Assembly (NCBI GenBank): GCA_903923205.1
Contig: CAIXXC010000413.1
Coordinates: forward strand, 6,524 to 70,523
Direction of reading: 5' to 3'
Source of the DNA: an uncultured Rhodospirillales bacterium
GTDB lineage: Bacteria > Pseudomonadota > Alphaproteobacteria > ATCC43930 > CGMCC-115725
Length of the DNA: 64,000 nt
Shown: positions 29,625-37,957 of the stretch, in pieces
How positions within the stretch are numbered: the stretch's first letter is position 1
Layout: every line of letters starts with the position of its first letter
The notes under the pieces: model-generated
What the model saw: the letters and a program-made list of their open reading frames with translations, nothing else
Told to the model about the DNA's origin: nothing
Database searches by the model: none
Position numbers and translations under genes: made by a program

Positions 29625-30776
29625 CTACCCTTCTGCCTGGGGCAGCGCGGCGAGCAGATCGCTGCCCGGCGTATAGGCCGATTCACCCGAGGCAAGATGA
29701 GCATTGTTCTGCACCCGGATCGCGACGTCCGCCTCGCCATACAAAAAGGGCACGAAGACGAAGCGGCGGCCTTTCGTCACTTCCTGGACCTCATGCAGCA
29801 TTCCCGTGGAGAAGATGACGGCCCCACCAACGGGAGGGTGATAAGCCTGTGGACCAAATTCCGGGAAGACAACGCCGCCGCCCTCGTAATCCTTGTTCAG
29901 GCCCAATGACATCGCGAACCGTCGATGCCGGGCGCCGGCGTTGACATCGTCGCGGTGGCGAAAGAAATGGCCGCCGGTCTCGGCGGTATAGGCGCTGACG
30001 AGATAGCGGTCGGCACGTGTTGGCGCGAAACGGAAAAAGCGCTCCATCGCCGGCACGACCCGGCGGGCGATCCGATCGCGCATCATCTCTCTCAATCCGG
30101 GATCGCTGATGACCATGTCCTGACGGCGCTTCAAGGCAGGATTGATCACCGTCCGCGTCTCGCCGTCGATATCGAGCATGAAGCCGGAATCCTCGCCACC
30201 GACTTCATCGAACAGGCGGATCAGATAATCGCAGAAGTCGAATTCGAAAACGCGCGGGATAATAAGAATCGGCGCCACCAAGGGCCCGCCGACGGAATCA
30301 CCTGGAGCGGGAAGGGTGCGAATGAAATTTCGGATCATGTCGGTATGCCCAGCCGGATCGTCAAAGCGAACATCGGCGACGGCGGAAAGCATCGGGTCGA
30401 GCACCACCGTCCGGTTTACGCCTTCAGCACCGTATTGGCGGCTGATCGCGCCGTCACCATCGACGATAAAGTTCAGACACGGCCCGACAATCGGCTCCAG
30501 CATCTGAAAGACCTCGGGTGGCGGCGGCTCACGCAGGACCCCGAAAAAAACGAGATGGTTCTCTTTGAATGCCGCGCCTTCCGAAAGGAGTTCGGCCAAT
30601 ACCTGCTGAGAGACATCACTCGCGAGCGACCCGAGAAAGCAAAGGACAACCCAACGGCCGGCATCGACGTGGAGGTCGACCCGTCCTCCGGTTATGGTCG
30701 CACCACTGAACCAGGGCGCCGGATCACCGAGGCGGAGTGTCGCCGACGTCGGATTTGTCTCGCTCGTCATCCTCAC
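29625..30776 (-). CDS. Fusion protein: Cys-less redoxin/AhpC-TSA-like N-domain plus 2OG-Fe(II) oxygenase C-domain
   Basis: The N-terminus resembles a peroxiredoxin fold (LGDPAPWFSG...GRWVVLCFLGS) but lacks the FVCP peroxidatic Cys. The C-terminus has an HxD...H facial triad (FFRHRDD ... MLHEVQEV) and RFVFVPF, typical of P4H-like 2OG oxygenases. Confidence 0.65.
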   Translation of the reverse strand: MRMTSETNPTSATLRLGDPAPWFSGATITGGRVDLHVDAGRWVVLCFLGSLASDVSQQVLAELLSEGAAFKENHLVFFGVLREPPPPEVFQMLEPIVGPCLNFIVDGDGAISRQYGAEGVNRTVVLDPMLSAVADVRFDDPAGHTDMIRNFIRTLPAPGDSVGGPLVAPILIIPRVFEFDFCDYLIRLFDEVGGEDSGFMLDIDGETRTVINPALKRRQDMVISDPGLREMMRDRIARRVVPAMERFFRFAPTRADRYLVSAYTAETGGHFFRHRDDVNAGARHRRFAMSLGLNKDYEGGGVVFPEFGPQAYHPPVGGAVIFSTGMLHEVQEVTKGRRFVFVPFLYGEADVAIRVQNNAHLASGESAYTPGSDLLAALPQAEG

Positions 30777-31075
30777 CCCCTCATTTATGGCCCCTGATCG
30801 AGGCGCAAAAGCGTCTCCGGCACTTAATTCCGGACCTTATGTGCCTTTATCAGTAAACTCGATCATGGAAACCAATCGTTAACAACGATTCACCATGACG
30901 GACGAACCAATATTCCATGCTCAAGTATGGCTGAAAAGACGCAACGTCCCCATGCGACAATTGGCAAATTGTGATCCGACAAAGGCTGGCGGCACAATGT
31001 TTGCTTCACAATCATCCACTATTGTGAGCGTGCATTGCACGAATTCGCGAAGATTAAGTGGGAAGGAAAAATTTG

Positions 31076-31732
31076 ATGGCCAAGGCGAAACTGATCATCA
31101 GCAGCAAGAATTATTCGTCGTGGTCGCTGCGCGGATGGCTCACTGCGAAGTTCTCCGGGCTCGATTTTGTTGCCGAATCGGTCTCCCCCGACGACGCGTC
31201 CGCCCGCGCCGAATTGCTGCTCCTGTCACCGTCGTTCCTCGTGCCGAAATTGATCCATGACGGCATCGAGGTCTGGGATACGCTGGCAATCGCCGAGTAC
31301 TTGCACGAGATCAGGCCTGATGCTGGACTGCTGCCTGCGGATCGTGCAGCCCGCGCGCATTGTCGGGCCATCAGCGGGGAGATGCATTCCGGTTTCCGCG
31401 CGGTCCGCTCCGCCCTGCCGATGAATTTGCGCTCGAGCCATCCGGGCTACCGCATCTATTCCGACGTGAAGGCCGATATCAGCCGCATTGTCGAAATCTG
31501 GGAATTCTGCCTGGGGCGCTACGAGGGACCCTATCTCTACGGTAAAACATTGACCATCGCGGACGCAATGTATGCGCCGGTCGCTACCCGTTTTAGGACC
31601 TATGACGTCAAATTGGGGCCAGTGGCACAGGGCTATGTCGATCGCATTCTCGCCCTGCCCGAGATGATCGAATGGACCGCTGACGCCCTTGCGGAGCCGG
31701 AGCAGATCGAGGAATTCGAATCAGAATTCTAG
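31076..31732 (+). CDS. Glutathione S-transferase family protein
   Basis: N-terminal thioredoxin-like GST pattern (KLIISSKNYSSWSLRGWL) and a C-terminal helical GST domain. SD GGAAGGA lies before the ATG at 31076. Confidence 0.8.
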   Translation: MAKAKLIISSKNYSSWSLRGWLTAKFSGLDFVAESVSPDDASARAELLLLSPSFLVPKLIHDGIEVWDTLAIAEYLHEIRPDAGLLPADRAARAHCRAISGEMHSGFRAVRSALPMNLRSSHPGYRIYSDVKADISRIVEIWEFCLGRYEGPYLYGKTLTIADAMYAPVATRFRTYDVKLGPVAQGYVDRILALPEMIEWTADALAEPEQIEEFESEF

Positions 31733-31814
31733 GGTCGTACCACGATGCGGGCTTGAAACGGGCGCGCAAGCGGCTCACACCGGGATCAGATCCGAGAGCG
31801 GAGCCGCGAGCGCC

Positions 31815-32534
31815 TTGTATTCCGACGTCATCGACCTGCGCGATTTTTATCAAAGCCGACTCGGTGAGGTCGCACGGCGGTTGATCCGCCAGCGTATCCG
31901 AAGCCTGTGGCCGGATGTCTCCGGCCTGCAAGTTCTCGGGCTTGGCTATGCCAACCCCTATTTGCGCCCTTTCCTAGGCGAGGCGGAACGGGTGTTGTCG
32001 GTGATGCCGGCGCGTCAGGGCGTACTGCACTGGCCCGGGGATGCCCCCAACATCGTCTCCCTGGTAAACGAAGCGGAACTGCCGCTACAGAATTTCTCTA
32101 TCGACCGTGTGTTGATGGTTCATGCCCTTGAGGGCGCCGCCGATGCCGACGCGATGCTTGGCGAGGTCTGGCGTGTCCTGGCGGGCGGTGGCAAGGCCCT
32201 GGTCGTCGTCCCCAATCGTCGTGGCATATGGGCACGGCTCGACGTAACACCCTTCGGTGCCGGCTCGCCCTTCACGCTCAATCAGTTGACCCGGGTACTT
32301 CGACAAAACGCGTTCACGCCACTGGCGCATGCGCACGCGCTCTACGCACCGCCGTCGAAGTCGCGGATGGTGCTGCGTGCGGCCCCGGCCTGGGAAAAAA
32401 TCGGGGCGCGCTGGTTTCCCGGATTTTCCGGCGTCGTCATGGTCGAAGCGACAAAACAGCTCTACGCCCACACGAAGGTTGAAACCGCCCGCACCCGCCG
32501 CATCGCCTACAGACCTGCGGCGACGCCGATCTAG
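31815..32534 (+). CDS. Class I SAM-dependent methyltransferase (conserved neighbour of metW/metX); start uncertain
   Basis: VLGLGYANPYL, VLMVHALE and VVPNRRGIWAR blocks. The track ORF start (31689) overlaps the GST gene; a TTG at 31815 giving MYSDVIDLRDFY is my best guess. Confidence 0.55.
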   Translation: MYSDVIDLRDFYQSRLGEVARRLIRQRIRSLWPDVSGLQVLGLGYANPYLRPFLGEAERVLSVMPARQGVLHWPGDAPNIVSLVNEAELPLQNFSIDRVLMVHALEGAADADAMLGEVWRVLAGGGKALVVVPNRRGIWARLDVTPFGAGSPFTLNQLTRVLRQNAFTPLAHAHALYAPPSKSRMVLRAAPAWEKIGARWFPGFSGVVMVEATKQLYAHTKVETARTRRIAYRPAATPI

Positions 32535-33169
32535 CGGTTGCTCTTCGAGAGTGTGAAAATCCCCTGCTCGCCGAGCCAGTTGGCCGCGCGGCTTTCTGCC
32601 GGTAGCCGCCACGGTCGACCCGAACGATCGAGGATCAATGATTGTTCGATGACCAGGCCGAGCTCCTTGGCGAGGCCGATGAAATCCCGGATCGTGCAGA
32701 GGTGAATATTGGGCGTGTCGTACCAGGCATAGGCCAGCATCGGGTTATAGGGCATCCGTCCGTGCAAAAGCAGGTCGAGGCGGATATTCCAGTGACCGAA
32801 ATTCGGGAATGAGACGATCGCGTGGCGACCGATCCGGGCGAGGCTCTCCAGGACTTTTTTGGGATGCCGCGTCGCCTGCAATGTCTGGCTGAGCACGACA
32901 TAGTCGAAGGCCGCATCGGGATAGGGATCAAGGTCGTTATCGACATCGCCCTGGATCACCGAGAGACCATGTCGGACGCAGGCATTGACGCCCTCCTGGC
33001 TCAACTCCATGCCGCGACCATCGACCTTTTTGGTGCGCGAGAGGTGATCAAGCAGTGCACCATCGCCACAGCCGATATCCAGCACACGACTGTTCGCCGG
33101 AATCATATCCGCGATGAGCTGAAGATCAGCGCGGAGCGGCGTCAGCGCCGGGCCACTTGCTACGCCCAC
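32531..33169 (-). CDS. metW: Methionine biosynthesis protein MetW
   Basis: Methyltransferase-fold motif [12 protein letters not shown] and a conserved C-terminus (HLCTIRDF). Overlaps the end of metX, as is usual. Confidence 0.9.
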   Translation of the reverse strand: MGVASGPALTPLRADLQLIADMIPANSRVLDIGCGDGALLDHLSRTKKVDGRGMELSQEGVNACVRHGLSVIQGDVDNDLDPYPDAAFDYVVLSQTLQATRHPKKVLESLARIGRHAIVSFPNFGHWNIRLDLLLHGRMPYNPMLAYAWYDTPNIHLCTIRDFIGLAKELGLVIEQSLILDRSGRPWRLPAESRAANWLGEQGIFTLSKSNR

Positions 33170-34347
33170 ACAAACCCCCGCAATGTTGCGCAGCCATCGA
33201 TGAAACCACCTAAAGTGCGCAGGAATTCGGGCTCATCGAGCAGGAAGGCATCATGCCCCTTGTCGGTCTCGATCTCGACGAAACTGACATTCGCCGCAAC
33301 AGCGTTCAGGGCATGAATGATGGCACGGCTCTCGGATGTCGGAAATAGCCAGTCGCTGGTGAAGGAAATCACGCAGTAGCGCGTCCGGGTGCCGCGAAAC
33401 GCCTCGGCGAGACGGCCACCATGATCGGCGGCCAGATCGAAATAATCCATCGCCCGGGTGATATAGAGATACGCGTTGGCATCAAAGCGTTCGACGAAGC
33501 TGGTGCCCTGATGGCGAAGATAGCTTTCGACCTGGAAATCGGCTTCGAAGCCATAGGTAATCTTGGCCCGGTCCTGAAGATTTCGGCCGAATTTGCGATG
33601 CAGCGCCTGCTGCGAGAGATAGGTGATGTGCGCCGCCATGCGAGCGACCGCGAGGCCACGCTCAGGCGAACGGCTCTGCCGCAGGTAATCGCCGCCACAC
33701 CAATCCGGATCGGCCATGATTGCCTGACGACCGACCTCGTTAAAGGCAATATTCTGGGCCGAATGGCGCGCTGCGGTCGCAATCGGCACGGCGGCAAAAA
33801 CCCGCTCAGGATAGGCCTTGGCCCATTGCAGCACCTGCATCCCCCCCATCGAGCCACCGATAACGCAAAACAGCGATTCGATCCCCAGGTGATCGATCAG
33901 GCGACGCTGGACATTCACCATGTCGCCGATCGTGATGACGGGGAAATTCAGACCCCAGGGCTCATTCGTGGCCGGGTTGACGTCCATCGGCCCACTGGTG
34001 CCGAGGCAACCGCCGAGCACATTGGAACAGATCACGAAATAACGGTCGGTATCGATGATCTTTCCCGGACCCACCAGCGTGGTCCACCAGCCAGGTTTGC
34101 CCGTGATGGGATGGATGTCGGCCACAAACTGGTCGCCCGTAAGAGCGTGACAGACCAGTATCGCGTTCGAGCGCTCAGAATCGAGTGTGCCGTAGGTCTG
34201 ATAGGCGACGCGGATACCCGGCAGGATGACACCGGATTCCAGCGTCATCGGCTCTTTAAGGTCGAAGAAATGTCCCGGCAGTGCTCCCGGCGTCGGTGGA
34301 GCGTCACCTAGAGGACGTAGGGAAATCGGCTCACGCATCGACATCAC
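33160..34347 (-). CDS. metX: Homoserine O-acetyltransferase
   Basis: Alpha/beta-hydrolase with the nucleophile elbow GGSMGGMQ and the typical [11 protein letters not shown]-terminal block. Confidence 0.92.
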   Translation of the reverse strand: MMSMREPISLRPLGDAPPTPGALPGHFFDLKEPMTLESGVILPGIRVAYQTYGTLDSERSNAILVCHALTGDQFVADIHPITGKPGWWTTLVGPGKIIDTDRYFVICSNVLGGCLGTSGPMDVNPATNEPWGLNFPVITIGDMVNVQRRLIDHLGIESLFCVIGGSMGGMQVLQWAKAYPERVFAAVPIATAARHSAQNIAFNEVGRQAIMADPDWCGGDYLRQSRSPERGLAVARMAAHITYLSQQALHRKFGRNLQDRAKITYGFEADFQVESYLRHQGTSFVERFDANAYLYITRAMDYFDLAADHGGRLAEAFRGTRTRYCVISFTSDWLFPTSESRAIIHALNAVAANVSFVEIETDKGHDAFLLDEPEFLRTLGGFIDGCATLRGFVWA

Positions 34348-34681
34348 GGAATCCAGTTTACAGGGACATCACGTCGGGACAGTACCGGCTTTTCCTTGAG
34401 GAACCAGCACGCTGATGAATTCATGACCCGGATCGCTCTCGATTTAAGTCGCGATACCTGTTTCACAATAAGTCGACGTGTCAACGGAATTATCCGCCCC
34501 CTTATCTCATGGGCGCGCATGAGACACTTCCACTCTTACGCCAATCACTGGTAACAATCTGAACTGACCATTTGATCCACTCTGCCATCGCCGTGATTCA
34601 GTTTTTGGCGATGGCCCAAGCGAGGTCGACTCGCCCAGGCACTCTTTCCTGGCTGATCCGACCCGAGGCAGACTGTTCTAG

Positions 34682-35542
34682 ATGACCGAGCCCTTGCCGA
34701 CCCTTGTCTCACTGCGCCAGGAGATCGATCGGATCGACAACGGGATCCATGATTTGCTGATGGAGCGGGCCGGGATCGTCGATGCGATCGGCCGCGTCAA
34801 GGCATCGGGTGGCACGCCGACCGTGCATCCTGCGCGTGAAGCGGCCATTTTGCGCCGGTTGTTCCAGCGTCATCATTCGTCCCTGCCCTTCCGGGCCATT
34901 GCCGCGATCTGGCGTGAGATCATTTCTGCCTTCACGACCCTGCAAGTTCCGTTCTCGGTCGCAGTTCACGCGCCGGAGACGGCACTGAACATGATCGACC
35001 AGCAACAGACCTGGTCGCTTGCCCGCGACTATTTCGGCGCCATGACGCCGCTGATCATGCACCAAACACCCAGTCAGGTTCTGCGAACCCTCACCGAACA
35101 CCAGGCTGCCTTCGCCGTGCTGCCGCAGATCGCGGAGGACGATATCGACCCGTGGTGGCGACAACTCGCCACGAATGACCCCGCAGCGCCACGCATCGTT
35201 GCCAAACTGCCGGTCACGATCGGGACGGCGACCGGGCCGGAAGCCTACATACTTTCCTGCCAGCATCCGGCGATCGAGACGCTTGAACGCAGCTATATCG
35301 CCATAGAACTCCCGACCGACACCAGCCGAGCGCGTCTGCGCGCCAGCTTTGCGGCAGCAGGTCTTAATTGCCTTGTGCTCAATTTCTGTGGCCGCGAGGG
35401 GCTGTCGATGGCGCTGGCCGTATTCGTTGGCGCGGTACCGCTTGATGACCCAAGGTTGGCAGAGGTCGCCGGCGGGCTTGCCGAACCGCTCTCCCGGCTA
35501 TACCACTTGGGCGGTCATCCAGAACCCCTAGCGTTGGGATAA
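34682..35542 (+). CDS. Chorismate mutase (AroQ-type N-domain with a C-terminal extension)
   Basis: The N-terminal LRQEIDRIDNGIHDLLMERAGIV is a CM type II helix. The conserved alphaproteobacterial context is CM-hisC-tyrC. Confidence 0.75.
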   Translation: MTEPLPTLVSLRQEIDRIDNGIHDLLMERAGIVDAIGRVKASGGTPTVHPAREAAILRRLFQRHHSSLPFRAIAAIWREIISAFTTLQVPFSVAVHAPETALNMIDQQQTWSLARDYFGAMTPLIMHQTPSQVLRTLTEHQAAFAVLPQIAEDDIDPWWRQLATNDPAAPRIVAKLPVTIGTATGPEAYILSCQHPAIETLERSYIAIELPTDTSRARLRASFAAAGLNCLVLNFCGREGLSMALAVFVGAVPLDDPRLAEVAGGLAEPLSRLYHLGGHPEPLALG

Positions 35543-35599
35543 GGATGGCGGCGCGACGACAGTCTGGCCGCGCCCACCGCCGAACCTGAAGAGGCCGCA

Positions 35600-36706
35600 G
35601 TGTCCAATTCCGTCAAGCCCGGCCCGGTTGTCCGCCCCGGGATCCTCGAAATCGCCGCCTATGTCGGCGGTGAATCCAAGGTCGAAGGCGTTGATCGCGT
35701 CATCCGTCTTGCCTCCAACGAAGGCGCGCTCGGCCCCAGTCCGAAGGCGGTCGCGGCGTATCAGTCGATTGCGACGGAAATTCACCGCTATCCCGATGGC
35801 CATTCCGGCGCGTTGCGCCAAGCCATCGCCGAAGCCTATGATCTGGATCCAGCCCGCATTGTCTGCGGCACGGGGTCGGATGAGATCATCACCTTGCTTG
35901 CCCGTATCTATGCCGGTCCAGGCGATGAGGTGCTCTACAGCCAGCACGGCTTCCTCATGTATCCCATCGCCGCCAAGAGTGTCGGCGCGACCCCGGTCGC
36001 CGCACCTGAAGTCAACCTGACGGCAAACGTCGATGCCCTGCTGGCTGCGGTGACCCCGCGCACAAAATTGGTATTCCTCGCCAACCCGAACAACCCCACC
36101 GGGACCTATCTCCCAGCGCGCGAGATCGAGCGCCTGCACAGAGGGCTTCCCTCCCATATCGTGCTCGCGCTTGATGCTGCTTATGCCGAATACGTCGCTG
36201 AAAACGATTACGAAGCCGGCGTGGCTCTGGTGAACAGCGCGGAAAATGTCATCATGCTGCGGACCTTTTCAAAGGTATTCGCTCTCGGTGGCCTGCGTCT
36301 GGGCTGGGGCTATGCGCCCGCCACGATGGTGGACGTACTGAACCGAATTCGTGGCGTCTTCAATGTCTGCAGCGCGGCGCAGGCAGCAGGCGCTGCGGCC
36401 ATTGCGGATCGGGACTTCCTGGACCGTTCGCGCGCGCACAACGAGACGTGGCGGCCCTGGACCCACAAGGCCCTGGAGGATCTTGGACTCGTTGTCACGC
36501 CCAGCGTGGCGAACTTCCTGCTGGTGCGTTTTCCTGACGCCATCGAATACAACGCCGAGAATGCTTGGGAGGCCCTGAAAACCCGAGGCATTCTGACCCG
36601 TAAGATGACAAGCTATGGCTTGCCGTCCTATCTTCGGATCACGATTGGAACGGCCGAAGAGATGCAGGCGACCCTTGCCGTCATCTCTGCGTTCCTCCGC
36701 GCATGA
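35600..36706 (+). CDS. hisC: Histidinol-phosphate/aromatic aminotransferase
   Basis: Class II aminotransferase blocks (LASNEGALGPSP, NPNNPTG) and the PLP-lysine region RTFSKVFALGGLRLG. Confidence 0.87.
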   Translation: MSNSVKPGPVVRPGILEIAAYVGGESKVEGVDRVIRLASNEGALGPSPKAVAAYQSIATEIHRYPDGHSGALRQAIAEAYDLDPARIVCGTGSDEIITLLARIYAGPGDEVLYSQHGFLMYPIAAKSVGATPVAAPEVNLTANVDALLAAVTPRTKLVFLANPNNPTGTYLPAREIERLHRGLPSHIVLALDAAYAEYVAENDYEAGVALVNSAENVIMLRTFSKVFALGGLRLGWGYAPATMVDVLNRIRGVFNVCSAAQAAGAAAIADRDFLDRSRAHNETWRPWTHKALEDLGLVVTPSVANFLLVRFPDAIEYNAENAWEALKTRGILTRKMTSYGLPSYLRITIGTAEEMQATLAVISAFLRA

Positions 36707-37590
36707 CCTCCCCCCTCATCAATCGGCTCGTCATCGCCGGCTTCGGACTGATCGGGTCATCGTTGGCGCGAGCGATCCGTAACCACCCAGGCCTTGTAGG
36801 CCATATCACGGCAGTCGATCGGGACCCGGCAGCGCTGAAGGTGATCCGGGAACTTAGTCTTGCCGATGATGCAACCGACGATGTCGCGGCCGCTGTCAAA
36901 GACGCCGATGTCGTCATCATCGCCACGCCGATTTCCGCGGTCGAGCCACTAGGCGCGGTCATCGGACCCTTGCTGAAACCCGGCGCGATCCTGTCGGATG
37001 TTGGCTCGGTCAAGTCGTCGGTGCTGCGCGATCTCGCCAACGTCACCCCAGCCCATGCCCATCTGGTCCCGGGTCATCCAATCGCGGGAACCGAGAATTC
37101 CGGCCCTCAATCCGGCCTTGCCAACTTGTTTGAAGGTCGCTGGACAATCCTGACGCCGACCCCGGACACCGACCGTGCGGCAGTCGAGACGATTGCGGGC
37201 CTGTGGCGGGCTGTCGGCAGCAACGTGGTCGAGATGGATGCAGCCCATCACGATAAGGTTCTGGCCATCACTTCACATCTGCCGCATTTGATCGCCTACA
37301 CGATCGTCGGTACCGCCGTTGATCTTGAGGATAGCCTGCGCTCGGAAGTAATTAAGTTTTCGGCCAGCGGTTTTCGCGACTTTACCCGTATCGCAGCCTC
37401 GGATCCGACAATGTGGCGCGATATCTTTCTGAATAACCGAGAGGCGGTGCTTGAAATGCTGCAACGCCTGACCGAGGACCTTTCGGCCTTGCAGCGAGCG
37501 ATCCGTTGGGGCGAAGGCGATGTACTGTTCGATCGCTTCAGCCGCGCCCGCGCCATCCGCCGCGGCGTGATTGAGGCAAAACAAGCCTGA
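36703..37590 (+). CDS. tyrC: Prephenate/arogenate (cyclohexadienyl) dehydrogenase
   Basis: Rossmann motif IAGFGLIGSSLA plus HPIAGTE and DAAHHD blocks. Overlaps the hisC stop. Confidence 0.85.
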   Translation: MTSPLINRLVIAGFGLIGSSLARAIRNHPGLVGHITAVDRDPAALKVIRELSLADDATDDVAAAVKDADVVIIATPISAVEPLGAVIGPLLKPGAILSDVGSVKSSVLRDLANVTPAHAHLVPGHPIAGTENSGPQSGLANLFEGRWTILTPTPDTDRAAVETIAGLWRAVGSNVVEMDAAHHDKVLAITSHLPHLIAYTIVGTAVDLEDSLRSEVIKFSASGFRDFTRIAASDPTMWRDIFLNNREAVLEMLQRLTEDLSALQRAIRWGEGDVLFDRFSRARAIRRGVIEAKQA

Positions 37591-37957
37591 TCTCAAGGCT
37601 TTGCGCGCCGTTAGGCGCCCAATCGCATTTCATCCTCAGAAAACAGTGACCTCTCGATCGGCCTTGAAGCGACCGGCGCGGTCGCGCTGTGCTTTCAGGA
37701 ACACGGCTCCTCAAGAATTCAATCGATTAGGTCTCAATTTGCAATAATTCATATATTTCTGAGTTAGTTCCGAGGTTCAGCGTATGTACTTTGTTAACTG
37801 GCGATGCTATTAAGATCTCACCTTAGCTTCGCCCTGAATCTCCTTATCCGACTTGATTCTCAGATGCATCAAACAGGCGTTATCTTTTCCGAGTTCCTGC
37901 TGTGATGCCCCGCCTGGGTGATTTGCAGTTCGCCCCATCGTCGTTGGGGGTCGCGAC

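Noticed and set aside
34348-34681. SAM-II (SAM-alpha) riboswitch in the 334-nt metX leader, expected because alphaproteobacterial metX/metA often carry one.
   Set aside because: Reading the minus-strand leader, I could not find the conserved AAAGCU / UUGC pseudoknot elements. Only generic hairpins are present (34505-34524 and 34585-34614). cmsearch with RF00521 would settle it; a hit would overturn this rejection.
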